Sequence record: OZ035804.1
Source of the DNA: Vectrevirus PDP21P3
DNA: 45,588 bases
Direction: 5' to 3' (one strand)
Shown here one piece after another: positions 35,021 through 45,439 of the stretch. A program made the position numbers and the translations under genes. The notes under the pieces are model-generated. The model was given only the letters and a program-made list of their open reading frames with translations. It did no database searches and was not told where the DNA came from. Position 1 is the stretch's first letter. Each line of letters opens with the position of its first letter.

Positions 35021-37425
35021 TGGAAGTACAAGGTTCATTAGGGCGGCAAATACAAGGGATTAGCCAGCAACCTCCAGCAGTACGCCTTGATGGTCAATGC
35101 ACGACTATGGTGAACATGGTTCCCGATGTAGTGAATGGGACTCAATCCCGCATGGGTACAACTCACATTGCTAAGCTCTTGGATGAAGGTACAGATAATA
35201 TGGCAACGCACCATTATCGCAGGGGCGAGGGGGATGAAGAGTATTTCTTCACCTTAAAGAAAGGGCAAGTGCCAGAGATATTTGATAAGCATGGACGTAA
35301 GTGCAATGTCGTCTCTCAAGATGCACCTATGACCTACCTTTCTGAAGTTGTCAGCCCTAGGGAAGATGTGCAATTCATGACTATAGCTGATGTTACTTTT
35401 ATGCTTAACCGTAGGAAAGTGGTTAAAGCTAGTAATAGGAAGTCACCTAAAGTTGGAGATAAAGCCATTGTGTTTTGTGCATACGGTCAATATGGTACAT
35501 CTTATTCTATCGTAATTAATGGAACTACAGCTGCTAGTTTTAAAACACCAGATGGTGGAAGTGCAGAACATGTTGAACAAATCCGAACGGAGCGTATCGC
35601 TTCTGAATTGTACTCCAAGTTACAGCAATGGAGTGGTGTAGGCGACTATGAGATACAAAGAGATGGTACGAGTATATTTATAGAGAGACGCGATGGTACA
35701 AGTTTCACAGTAACAACTACCGATGGTGCAAAAGGTAAGGATTTAGTGGCTATCAAGAATAAAGTTAGCTCTACTGACCTACTCCCTTCTCGTGCGCCTG
35801 CTGGTTATAAAGTACAAGTATGGCCCACTGGCAGCAAACCGGAGTCTCGTTACTGGCTGCAAGCTGAGCCTAAAGAGGGAAACCTTGTGTCTTGGAAAGA
35901 AACAATAGCTGCTGATGTATTACTTGGGTTTGATAAAGACACCATGCCTTACATTATTGAACGTACAGGTATTATTGACGGCATAGCTCAATTCACGATA
36001 AGACAAGGTGATTGGGAAGATCGTAAAGTAGGAGATGACTTGACTAACCCTATGCCCTCTTTTATTGATGAGGAAGTGCCCCAGACAATAGGTGGGATGT
36101 TCATGGTGCAGAACCGCCTGTGCTTTACAGCAGGTGAAGCGGTTATTGCTTCTCGTACATCATACTTCTTCGATTTCTTTCGTTATACGGTTATCTCTGC
36201 ATTGGCAACTGACCCATTTGATATTTTCTCAGATGCGAGTGAAGTCTACCAGCTAAAACATGCAGTGACCTTAGATGGCGCTACCGTGTTGTTCTCTGAT
36301 AAGTCACAATTCATTTTGCCGGGAGATAAACCGCTAGAGAAATCCAACGCCCTACTCAAGCCTGTCACAACATTTGAAGTCAACAATAAAGTTAAACCAG
36401 TGGCTACTGGTGAGTCTGTAATGTTTGCTACGAATGACGGTGCTTACTCTGGTGTCCGAGAGTTCTATACAGACTCTTATAGTGACACTAAGAAGGCACA
36501 AGCAATCACAAGTCATGTGAATAAACTTATCGAAGGTAACATTACCAACATGGCAGCAAGTACCAATGTCAACCGATTGCTTGTCACCACAGATAAATAT
36601 CGTAACATAATTTACTGCTACGATTGGTTATGGCAAGGCACAGATCGTGTACAATCAGCATGGCATGTATGGGAGTGGCCTATGGGTACAAAGGTGCGCG
36701 GTATGTTTTACTCTGGTGAATTACTTTATCTACTCCTTGAGCGAGGTGGTGGTGGCGTCTATCTGGAGAAGATGGACATGGGGGATGCACTAACCTATGG
36801 TTTGAAGGACCGCATCCGAATGGATAGGCAAGCAGAGTTGATCTTCAAGCATTTTAAAGCAGAAGATGAGTGGATATCTGAACCGCTTCCTTGGACTCCT
36901 ACTAACCCAGAACTTTTGGATTGCATCTTAATAGAAGGGTGGGATGCATATATTGGAGGTTCTTTCCTATTCAAATATAACCCCAGTGATAATACCTTGT
37001 CTACAACCTTTGATATGTATGATGCTAACCACGTAAAAGCGAAGGTTATTGTTGGGCAGATTTACCCTCAAGAGTTTGAACCTACACCTGTAGTTATCAG
37101 AGACAGGCAAGACCGTGTATCTTATATTGATGTACCTGTTGTGGGATTAGTTCACCTGAATCTTGATATGTACCCTGATTTCTCCGTGGAGGTTAAGAAT
37201 GTGAAGAGTGGTAAAGTACGCAAGGTGCTAGCGTCAAACCGTATAGGTGGTGCTCTCAACAATACAGTAGGTTATGTTGAACCAAGAGAGGGTGTCTTCA
37301 GATTCCCACTGAGGGCTAAGAGTACGGATGCTGTTTATCGTATTATTGTAGAATCACCTCACACATTCCAGCTCCGCGATATTGAGTGGGAAGGGAGCTA
37401 CAATCCAACCAAAAGGAGGGTCTAA
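35020..37425 (+). CDS. tail tubular protein B (gp12-like)
   Basis: starts MEVQGSLGRQIQGISQQP (T7 gp12 has GISQQP near N-terminus); ~801 aa. Confidence 0.85.
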   Translation: MEVQGSLGRQIQGISQQPPAVRLDGQCTTMVNMVPDVVNGTQSRMGTTHIAKLLDEGTDNMATHHYRRGEGDEEYFFTLKKGQVPEIFDKHGRKCNVVSQDAPMTYLSEVVSPREDVQFMTIADVTFMLNRRKVVKASNRKSPKVGDKAIVFCAYGQYGTSYSIVINGTTAASFKTPDGGSAEHVEQIRTERIASELYSKLQQWSGVGDYEIQRDGTSIFIERRDGTSFTVTTTDGAKGKDLVAIKNKVSSTDLLPSRAPAGYKVQVWPTGSKPESRYWLQAEPKEGNLVSWKETIAADVLLGFDKDTMPYIIERTGIIDGIAQFTIRQGDWEDRKVGDDLTNPMPSFIDEEVPQTIGGMFMVQNRLCFTAGEAVIASRTSYFFDFFRYTVISALATDPFDIFSDASEVYQLKHAVTLDGATVLFSDKSQFILPGDKPLEKSNALLKPVTTFEVNNKVKPVATGESVMFATNDGAYSGVREFYTDSYSDTKKAQAITSHVNKLIEGNITNMAASTNVNRLLVTTDKYRNIIYCYDWLWQGTDRVQSAWHVWEWPMGTKVRGMFYSGELLYLLLERGGGGVYLEKMDMGDALTYGLKDRIRMDRQAELIFKHFKAEDEWISEPLPWTPTNPELLDCILIEGWDAYIGGSFLFKYNPSDNTLSTTFDMYDANHVKAKVIVGQIYPQEFEPTPVVIRDRQDRVSYIDVPVVGLVHLNLDMYPDFSVEVKNVKSGKVRKVLASNRIGGALNNTVGYVEPREGVFRFPLRAKSTDAVYRIIVESPHTFQLRDIEWEGSYNPTKRRV

Positions 37426-38147
37426 TGGCTATAGGTTCTGCCGTTATGGCTGGTATGTCTTCTATTGGTAGTATGTTTGCAGGCAGCGGTGCAGCAGCCG
37501 CTGCTGGAGGTGCTGCCGCAGGTGGCGGAGGCTTGCTAGGTTCTCTAGGTGGCTTCCTAGGCGGCTCTACTGCTGGCTTCTCTAATGCTGGGCTTCTTGG
37601 TGCTGGCCTTCAAGGTTTAGGCTTGATTGGTGATCTCTTTGGTGGAAGTGATGAAGCCAAGGCAATGAAGAAAGCACAAGAAGAACAGTGGCGGCAGCAA
37701 CTTATTGCTACACAAGAAGCATACAAAACAGTAGCAGATGCAGAGCGTTCTGCTGCTAAACAATATCATGCAGATGCAATAAGCAATCAGGCTTCACTAC
37801 TACAGCAGCGAGCACAGGTTGCATTACTAGCAGGTGCTACTGGTACTGGTGGTAACTCTGTATCTTCTATGCTGAATGACTTAGCAGCAGAGGGCGGGAG
37901 GAACCAGAGTACAATTATTGATAACTATGAGAATCAGAAGATTAACTTCACCAATCAGCTTAAGTCTATCCAGCGAGGTGGACAGATGCAGATGCGTGAG
38001 TTTAAGAAGCCTTCTGCCGTAAGTACCTTGGTGCAAGGTATTCCAAGTCTGGCTTCTGCTTATGTAACTGGTAGCAAGTCGGGCATGGCTTTAGGTAAAG
38101 CTCTAACGGATTCTCGTACATATTCATCTGGAACAAGAGGTATTTAA
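37425..38147 (+). CDS. internal virion protein A
   Basis: ATG after AAGGAGGG; Gly/Ala-rich N-terminal half; first of three genes after the tail tube genes. Confidence 0.6.
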   Translation: MAIGSAVMAGMSSIGSMFAGSGAAAAAGGAAAGGGGLLGSLGGFLGGSTAGFSNAGLLGAGLQGLGLIGDLFGGSDEAKAMKKAQEEQWRQQLIATQEAYKTVADAERSAAKQYHADAISNQASLLQQRAQVALLAGATGTGGNSVSSMLNDLAAEGGRNQSTIIDNYENQKINFTNQLKSIQRGGQMQMREFKKPSAVSTLVQGIPSLASAYVTGSKSGMALGKALTDSRTYSSGTRGI

Positions 38148-41095
38148 TGGCAATTGAGCGACAAGCAGTACAAGGCCTGCCACAAGTGCAGGCCACTTCT
38201 CCTAATGTCATGACCTTTGCACCTCAGCAAGTTGGAGGTGTGGAGGCTGGCGTAGCTTCTACCTCCGGTAGTCGATTTATCGAAGACCTTATTCGAGCAG
38301 CCAGTAGTGTAGCTGATGTTACCACGGGTATCCTTAATCAGAAGATTGAGGAGGATAAGGTTGTTCAAATGGAACGGGCATATAATGGATTAATGCCTTC
38401 TGAGGATGCAACTCGTGGTGGCGCTCGTGCTAACATGCTTGTCAAAGCTCAACTGCTAGCTAATGATGAAGCAGCACGAATGAAAGACATGGCTACTCGT
38501 TTCCAAGGAACAGATGACGAGTGGACACAACTCATGGTTGACTCTCGTAATGAGATGCAGAATAAACTGTTCCAGCAATACCCTGAGTTGCAAGGTGACA
38601 AAGATACTATGCGTATGGTCACTAATGTCTTCCAAGAACAGCAGCCTCAGATTTGGGCTACACGAACCCAGCATAAACTTGACCGCGAACAAGCAGACCG
38701 TGAGGATACCTTTGACGGGCGAGTGGCTTCTACTTGGGATTCTAGTATTGACCCCGAAGCTTCTGGTTATGCCCTACAGGAGCGAATCCGCGAGGGATTT
38801 ACTCAAGGACTATTACCTGAGCAGATGCATAAGAAGCTGGTAGAGCGAGCTATTTCACTTGCTCAGGGTGGTGATATTAGCATGGCTGAAGCCTTGAAGT
38901 ACGTGAAGGACGATAAGGGTGTTTCTGTCTATGCTAAGAATCCGCAGCTTATCACAGCTATCACTAATGGTAATGCAGTTTGGGCTAGGAATAATGTTGC
39001 TGATGTGACTCGCATGTCTTTTGAAGTCAAAGAGTCCTATCTTGCAGGTGACTTGACGGATGAAGAATTACTGGAGCGAGCACAGCACATTAATAGCCTG
39101 ACAGGAAACTCTGTCTTCTCTAATCCAGAACTAGAAGCACTGATGCGCCAACGAGCTAAGCAGAATGCAGAGCTAGGTGCAATGCAGGATATGCGACGTG
39201 AACTTTACTCTGATCGCATGACTGGCTTCCAAGGTAAGACAGATAAAGAGAAGAAAGCCTACATTGATGTTATCAAACAGGATAGCCAACTATATGCAGA
39301 CCAGCAAATCAAACAACGTGGCTTGGACCCTTACAGTCAAGAGGCTGAAGCTATTCGTGGTGCAGTGGAAGTGCAGCGCCTGCAATTCATGAACTCCAAA
39401 GGCTTAGTGGATGACACCTTTGAGTCTCGTATCAAAGCCATGGAGTCTATGCTATCACCTGAGCACTTCGCTAAAGGAGAACCACAGGAGTTAATGACTA
39501 TTCGTCAGTTGTGGGAACAGTTACCAGAAGAAAGCCGAGGTGTCTTTGGTGATACGGTGAATGGCTATATGGATAACTACAACACTGCATTACAAATGGG
39601 AGAGACGCCCTTGCAGGCTGCAAGGTTTGCCCGTGAAGCACAGCAGAAATTCTCTCGTACTGAGAAGGAAACCAAGAAGTTCAACTCAGCTATTGGAGAT
39701 GCACTGGATGAGGTATCGGGTGCTGGCTGGTTTGATGGTAAAACCGAAGTGTCTGACTTAGGTAAAGCTATTGCAGAAGAAGAGTTACGAGCTAAGGCCA
39801 ATATGCTGTGGTCTAGCGGTATGCGTAACATGGATTCCATCAAGAAGGCTTTAATTACTTGGGGCAATAAACGCTACACTCAGTCAGAGGATGCAAAGAC
39901 TTCCGGTGGTTATTTCATTAAAGGTGATTACACTTCTGCATCTGACATGCTTATGTCTGTTGGGAAAGGTGTAAACCCTACCGATGTACCTCTGGCGCTT
40001 GGTAGGTATGTAGAAACACAAATGCCAGAATTGAAGAAGGAACTTCAAGAGTGGGAAACTAAGGATGATGTATACATTGATTACAATGAACAGAAAGGTA
40101 CTTTCGTGATTCGTGCTGGTGCAGCAGGTCGCCCTCTTTCTGGAGTAATCCCTGTCACTTCTTTAGATACCACTTCACTGCTAGACTCTGCCTATCAGAA
40201 GAAAGTAGAAGAACGAGATAAAGGTGAATATGTTCACCCATATCGTACAGATATCGGTGCACAAGAACCCATGCCAGCTAAGCCAACTGCCAAGGATATT
40301 GGTAAATTTGGACTAGCTAATTTCCTCATGTCTTCTGCCTTTGCTTCTGGTGAGAATCTACCTTCTAACTTCGAGATTAACTATAGAGGCAATATGCAAC
40401 AATTCTATGACAAGCTAGCTATGGATGAGAATGGCGATAAGCTGGGCTTCAACAAAGCCACAGGAACCTTCACACCGTACAAAGATGCACATGGCGAGTC
40501 GGTAGGCTACGGTCACTTCCTTACGGAAGAAGAAAAGAGAAATGGGTACATTAAGATTGGCGACGAACTGGTTCCGTATCGCGGCTCTATGTCTCAGCTC
40601 ACTGAGAGTAAGGCCCGTGCTCTTATGGAACAAGATGCCAAGAAGCATGTACCTCCAACTCGTGATTGGAAAATCCCATTCGACCAGATGCATCCGGCAC
40701 AGCAGCGCGGTTTAATGGATTTAACCTATAACTTAGGTAAAGGTGGAATCCAGAATGCACCGCGTGCTCTTGCTGCATTCAAGGCAGGTAAGCTTACAGA
40801 AGGCTTTATCGAAATGCTGGGTACTGCATCCAGTGAAGGTAAGCGTATTCCTGGTTTACTGAAGCGACGCGCTGAGGCTTACAATATGGCATCTGCCGGT
40901 GGTGTACCTAAGATTACCGAAGTAGAGACTCGTGAAGATGGGTCTATGTGGGTTAAGTTCGGCGGACCTATGCCAGCAGGTTCTGTATCTGCATGGACTC
41001 ATAAACGTATTGGCGCTGATGGCTGGTATCAGGTTTATGAGGCTGCACCTACCAAGTTAGCTAAAGGCTCTAAGGTAGGTAAAGTTAAGTTGTAG
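38147..41095 (+). CDS. internal virion protein B with C-terminal lysozyme-like domain
   Basis: 982 aa; C-terminal region contains GYGHFLTEEE…MDLTYNLG reminiscent of T4/lambda-type lysozyme core. Confidence 0.75.
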   Translation: MAIERQAVQGLPQVQATSPNVMTFAPQQVGGVEAGVASTSGSRFIEDLIRAASSVADVTTGILNQKIEEDKVVQMERAYNGLMPSEDATRGGARANMLVKAQLLANDEAARMKDMATRFQGTDDEWTQLMVDSRNEMQNKLFQQYPELQGDKDTMRMVTNVFQEQQPQIWATRTQHKLDREQADREDTFDGRVASTWDSSIDPEASGYALQERIREGFTQGLLPEQMHKKLVERAISLAQGGDISMAEALKYVKDDKGVSVYAKNPQLITAITNGNAVWARNNVADVTRMSFEVKESYLAGDLTDEELLERAQHINSLTGNSVFSNPELEALMRQRAKQNAELGAMQDMRRELYSDRMTGFQGKTDKEKKAYIDVIKQDSQLYADQQIKQRGLDPYSQEAEAIRGAVEVQRLQFMNSKGLVDDTFESRIKAMESMLSPEHFAKGEPQELMTIRQLWEQLPEESRGVFGDTVNGYMDNYNTALQMGETPLQAARFAREAQQKFSRTEKETKKFNSAIGDALDEVSGAGWFDGKTEVSDLGKAIAEEELRAKANMLWSSGMRNMDSIKKALITWGNKRYTQSEDAKTSGGYFIKGDYTSASDMLMSVGKGVNPTDVPLALGRYVETQMPELKKELQEWETKDDVYIDYNEQKGTFVIRAGAAGRPLSGVIPVTSLDTTSLLDSAYQKKVEERDKGEYVHPYRTDIGAQEPMPAKPTAKDIGKFGLANFLMSSAFASGENLPSNFEINYRGNMQQFYDKLAMDENGDKLGFNKATGTFTPYKDAHGESVGYGHFLTEEEKRNGYIKIGDELVPYRGSMSQLTESKARALMEQDAKKHVPPTRDWKIPFDQMHPAQQRGLMDLTYNLGKGGIQNAPRALAAFKAGKLTEGFIEMLGTASSEGKRIPGLLKRRAEAYNMASAGGVPKITEVETREDGSMWVKFGGPMPAGSVSAWTHKRIGADGWYQVYEAAPTKLAKGSKVGKVKL

Positions 41096-41108
41096 TACCT
41101 AACTCAAG

Positions 41109-41132
41109 GCTTGTCTCACATGTGAGACAGGT
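41109..41132 (+). repeat. conserved palindrome copy f (gcTTGTCTCACATGTGAGACAggt)
   Basis: between internal virion protein genes B and C. Confidence 0.8.
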
Positions 41133-41159
41133 CTTTATGATAGGCACTATGGAGGAACT

Positions 41160-44100
41160 ATGGAACAAGATATTAATACTAATTGGGCTGGTTATGTCCA
41201 GTCTACTCCTGAGCCGTTTTCTATTGAGGCGGCTCCGGTATCGGCTCCTACAATACGCCAGCGTAATGAGCTACAAGAGCAAGTCCTTGAAGCTAAAGCA
41301 GACGCGGATATCGTAGGTGCTGTAGGTGCTGCCTTCCAGAATGAGTGGTTGGCATTCGGAGGTAAGAGATGGTATGACCGTGCCACTGCTGACTTCACAC
41401 CTCAACCTGACTTTGAAATCCAACCAGAGCAACGTGAAGCTCTTCGCTTCAAATACGGAACGGATATGATGCAGACAATCACTGAGGGTGTTAGGTCCGA
41501 GGATGAATTAAACTTCCGTATTCAGAACGCTGATGAAGACCTTGAGCGTAATAAACGTATTGCGCAGGCTGGCTGGGCTGGCTCTGTGGCAACGATTGGC
41601 GCTGCTGTGCTTGACCCAGTGGGTTGGGTTGCCTCTATCCCAACTGGCGGTGCAGCCAAAGTCGGCCTCGTAGGTCGTGCCGTGCGTGGCGCTATCGCCG
41701 CTGGCGTGAGCAATGCCGCTATTGAATCCGTGTTAGTACAAGGCGACATGACTCGTGATTTAGATGACATTATGGTAGCACTAGGCTCCGGTATGGCTAT
41801 GGGTGGCGTTATTGGCGCTGTAGCGCGTGGTAGGGCCACTAAGCTCAGTGAGCAAGGGGATGACAGGGCTGCGAGCGTTGTGCGAAGTGCAGACGCAGGT
41901 GATCAGTATGTCCGTGCTGTTGCTGATGACAGTATAGGTGCGATGCGTGTTAAGGGTGAAGAGGTACTCACTGAGGGCGCATTTGATATATCTAGTAAAG
42001 GTGAAGACTTGCTGAAAACATTGCAGAGGGAAGGGAACACTATTGACATGACCCCTCGCCGCTGGGCCGGAACTCTGTCTGCCCTTGGTACTGTCGTACA
42101 TTCCTCTCAGGATGCAAGTGTACGCGGTCTTGGTGCTCGCCTGTTTGAGTCCCCGCAAGGCTTAGGTGCACAGAAGGCATCGGCTAGTCTCATGCAGAAT
42201 ACTAACTTGAACCGTCTGAAATCTGCTGATATGAATCGTTTCAACGATGGGTTCGATTTATGGCTCAAAGAGAATAATATCAACCCGGTTGCAGGTCATA
42301 CCAACTCTCACTATGTGCAGCAATATAATGAGAAGGTATGGGAAGCTGTACGCATCGGTATGGATGAGTCTACGCCTAAGTCTATCCGTATGGCAGCAGA
42401 GGGGCAGCAAGCTATGTATCGTGAAGCATTAGCATTACGTCAACGCTCTGGTGAAGCTGGGTTTGAAAAGGTTAAAGCAGATGATAAGTACATGCCTGAT
42501 ATTTTTGACAGTATGAAGGCTCGTCGTCAATTCGGTATGCACGATAAAGAGGACATCATTGAGCTATTCTCTCGTGCCTACCAGAATGGTTCTCGTAAGG
42601 TTCCAAAGGAAGTGGCTGATGATATTGCACGTGCACAAGTAAACCGTGTTGTGGATGCCACTCTGACAGGACGTATGAGTTTCGAAAAGGCTATGTCTGG
42701 TCAGACTAAGGCAGAATATGAAGCAATAATGCGCAAGGCAGGCTTCAGTGATGAAGAAATTGAAAAGATGGTAGAAGCTCTGGATAATAAAGAAACCAGA
42801 GATAATATCTCTAACCGAGCTAAGATGAGTTTAGGCTTAGATGTTACTCAAGAGTACAATGGCATTCGTATGCGTGACTTTATGAATACTAACGTGGAAG
42901 AGTTAACAGATAACTACATGAAGGAAGCGGCAGGTGGTGCTGCCTTGGCTCGTCAAGGTTTCTCTACCTATCAGGCTGCACTTAGTGCAATTGACCTTGT
43001 AGAGCGAAATGCACGAAATGCAGCTAAAGATACAAAAGCACACGCACAATTTGAAGCGGAGTCGGCTAAGATCCGTCAATCAGAGCCTGATTACAAGAAG
43101 GCACAAGAGAAGATTGAAGAGTTAAAGAAGCGACTTAAATTGAAAGAGAAAGATGAAGCAGCAGGTCTGGCTATTGATGAAGAAATCCGTCAGATGCGAG
43201 AGGGGCTTCGCTTGATTATGGGTAAATCTATCGATTCAAACCCACAAGATTTGTCTACTAAAATGCTGCGTCGTGGGCGTGACATTACAGGTGTACTTCG
43301 CTTAGGTCAGATGGGCTTCGCACAGCTAGGTGAACTTGCTAACTTCATGGGTGAGTTTGGTATTGCTGCCACCACTATGGCTTTAGGTAAGCAATTCCGC
43401 TTCACCTCTAAGGCGTTGCGTAATGGCGATGGCTTCTTTCGAGATAAGAATTTAGCTGAGGTTGAGCGAATGGTAGGTTACATTGGTGAAGACAACTGGC
43501 TGACAACTAAGGGTGCGCGTCCCGATGAGTTTGGTGATGTAACCACAGTGCGAGGTATGATGGCCCATTTTGACCAGTCCATGAACTCTATACGACGTGC
43601 TCAGACAAACCTATCCCTCTTCCGCATGGCACAGGGTTCTCTGGAGCGAATGACCAATAGGCAAATAGCTTTGTCTTTCATTGACCACCTTGAAGGCAAG
43701 AAGATTATTCCTCAGAAGAAACTGGAGGAACTTGGTCTTACTCAGGAGTTCATGACTAACCTACAGAAGCACTATGATGCTAACTCTAAAGGTTCTGGCT
43801 TGCTTGGCTTTGATACAATGCCTTATGCCATGGGTGAAACTTTAGCTAATGCTATTCGTCGTAAGTCAGGTCTAATTATCCAACGTAACTTCATTGGTGA
43901 TGAAGGTATCTGGATGAACAAAGCACTAGGTAAGACATTTGCACAGCTTAAGTCATTCTCTCTTGTATCTGGTGAGAAGCAATTTGGTCGAGGGATTCGC
44001 CACGATAAAATTGGTCTTGCTAAGAAGACAGCTTATGGTTTTGCTTTGGGTTCAATAGTGTATGCGGCAAAAGCCTATGTGAACTCTATTGGTCGAGAAG

Positions 44101-44468
44101 ATCAAGATGAATATTTGGAAGAGAAGTTATCGCCTAAAGGGTTGGCCTTTGGTGCAATGGGTATGATGAGTACAACTGCTGTATTTAGTCTAGGTGGAGA
44201 TTTCTTAGGTGGCCTAGGTGTTCTACCTTCTGAGTTAGTACAATCCCGTTATGAGGCTGGCTTTCAGACTAAGGGTTTGATAGACCAAATACCACTAGTA
44301 GGTGTTGGTCAAGATGCATATCGTTTAGCAGATTCTATAACTAAATACGCAGAGGGTGATACAGAAGGTGTAGATGTGGCACGTAGGGCTTTACGCTTAG
44401 TGCCTCTAGCTAATGTAATAGGAATCCAGAACGCATTGCGTTATGGCTTAGATGAACTGGAGGATTAA
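41160..44468 (+). CDS. internal virion protein C (ejectosome large protein, gp16-like)
   Basis: 1102 aa, position after IVP-B, RBS GGAGG. Confidence 0.7.
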   Translation: MEQDINTNWAGYVQSTPEPFSIEAAPVSAPTIRQRNELQEQVLEAKADADIVGAVGAAFQNEWLAFGGKRWYDRATADFTPQPDFEIQPEQREALRFKYGTDMMQTITEGVRSEDELNFRIQNADEDLERNKRIAQAGWAGSVATIGAAVLDPVGWVASIPTGGAAKVGLVGRAVRGAIAAGVSNAAIESVLVQGDMTRDLDDIMVALGSGMAMGGVIGAVARGRATKLSEQGDDRAASVVRSADAGDQYVRAVADDSIGAMRVKGEEVLTEGAFDISSKGEDLLKTLQREGNTIDMTPRRWAGTLSALGTVVHSSQDASVRGLGARLFESPQGLGAQKASASLMQNTNLNRLKSADMNRFNDGFDLWLKENNINPVAGHTNSHYVQQYNEKVWEAVRIGMDESTPKSIRMAAEGQQAMYREALALRQRSGEAGFEKVKADDKYMPDIFDSMKARRQFGMHDKEDIIELFSRAYQNGSRKVPKEVADDIARAQVNRVVDATLTGRMSFEKAMSGQTKAEYEAIMRKAGFSDEEIEKMVEALDNKETRDNISNRAKMSLGLDVTQEYNGIRMRDFMNTNVEELTDNYMKEAAGGAALARQGFSTYQAALSAIDLVERNARNAAKDTKAHAQFEAESAKIRQSEPDYKKAQEKIEELKKRLKLKEKDEAAGLAIDEEIRQMREGLRLIMGKSIDSNPQDLSTKMLRRGRDITGVLRLGQMGFAQLGELANFMGEFGIAATTMALGKQFRFTSKALRNGDGFFRDKNLAEVERMVGYIGEDNWLTTKGARPDEFGDVTTVRGMMAHFDQSMNSIRRAQTNLSLFRMAQGSLERMTNRQIALSFIDHLEGKKIIPQKKLEELGLTQEFMTNLQKHYDANSKGSGLLGFDTMPYAMGETLANAIRRKSGLIIQRNFIGDEGIWMNKALGKTFAQLKSFSLVSGEKQFGRGIRHDKIGLAKKTAYGFALGSIVYAAKAYVNSIGREDQDEYLEEKLSPKGLAFGAMGMMSTTAVFSLGGDFLGGLGVLPSELVQSRYEAGFQTKGLIDQIPLVGVGQDAYRLADSITKYAEGDTEGVDVARRALRLVPLANVIGIQNALRYGLDELED

Positions 44469-45430
44469 TGAGTTATACTTTCACAGAACATATAGCCAAC
44501 GGTACGCAAGTAACCTATCCCTTTAGCTTTGCTGGTAGGGATAAAGGTTATCTTCGTGCCTCAGATGTGATAGTGGAGTCTCTTCAAGGTAACACTTGGA
44601 TTGAGGTTACATCTGGCTGGCAACTAACTGGCACGCACCAGATTACTTTTGATGTAGCACCAGTTGCAGGTTTGAAGTTCCGTATTAGAAGGGAAGTACA
44701 AAAGGAGTATCCATACGCTGAGTTTGACCGTGGTGTTACCTTGGATATGAAGTCTTTAAATGGTTCTTTCATTCATATACTGGAGATTACACAGGAGTTA
44801 CTTGACGGGTTTTATCCAGAAGGATACTTCATTAAACAGAATGTAAGCTGGGGCGGCAATAAGATTACTGATTTGGCTGATGGCACAAATCCGGGAGATG
44901 CAGTAAATAAAGGGCAGCTTGATGCCATCGACAAGAAGCATACAGATTGGAACGCCAAACAGGACATTGAGATTGCTGGCCTTAAGGCTGGTATGACTTC
45001 TGGTATTGCGCACAGAACTGTTCCTTGGTACACGATAGCCCAAGGTGGTGAGATTTCCGTAAAACCACCTTATGAATTTCAAGATGCACTAGTTTTCCTT
45101 AATGGGGTGTTGCAGCACCAAATTGTAGGCGCATACTCTATAAGCAACAACACTATCACTTTCGCAGAGCCGCTTGTGGCTGGTACAGAGGTGTATGTGC
45201 TGATTGGTAGTCGTGTGGCTACATCTGAACCTAATATTCAGTTAGAGTTGAACTTTGACTTAGTAGAAGGCCAACAAGTAGTACAGATTGGCTCTGCATT
45301 TAAGTACATTGAGGTCTACCTTGATGGATTATTACAACCTAAACTTGCTTATCAGGTAGACGGTGACATTGTTACTTTCTCAGAGGGAGTGCCAGAATGC
45401 CGGATGACTGCTAAGATTATCACAGCATAA
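44468..45430 (+). CDS. tail fibre-like adaptor protein (gp17 N-terminal-domain-like)
   Basis: TQVTYPFSFAGRDKGYLRASDVIV and ITDLADGTNPGDAVNKGQLDA resemble the T7 gp17 N-terminal tail-attachment region; only 320 aa with no long fibre shaft. Confidence 0.7.
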   Translation: MSYTFTEHIANGTQVTYPFSFAGRDKGYLRASDVIVESLQGNTWIEVTSGWQLTGTHQITFDVAPVAGLKFRIRREVQKEYPYAEFDRGVTLDMKSLNGSFIHILEITQELLDGFYPEGYFIKQNVSWGGNKITDLADGTNPGDAVNKGQLDAIDKKHTDWNAKQDIEIAGLKAGMTSGIAHRTVPWYTIAQGGEISVKPPYEFQDALVFLNGVLQHQIVGAYSISNNTITFAEPLVAGTEVYVLIGSRVATSEPNIQLELNFDLVEGQQVVQIGSAFKYIEVYLDGLLQPKLAYQVDGDIVTFSEGVPECRMTAKIITA

Positions 45431-45439
45431 GGAGGTAGG

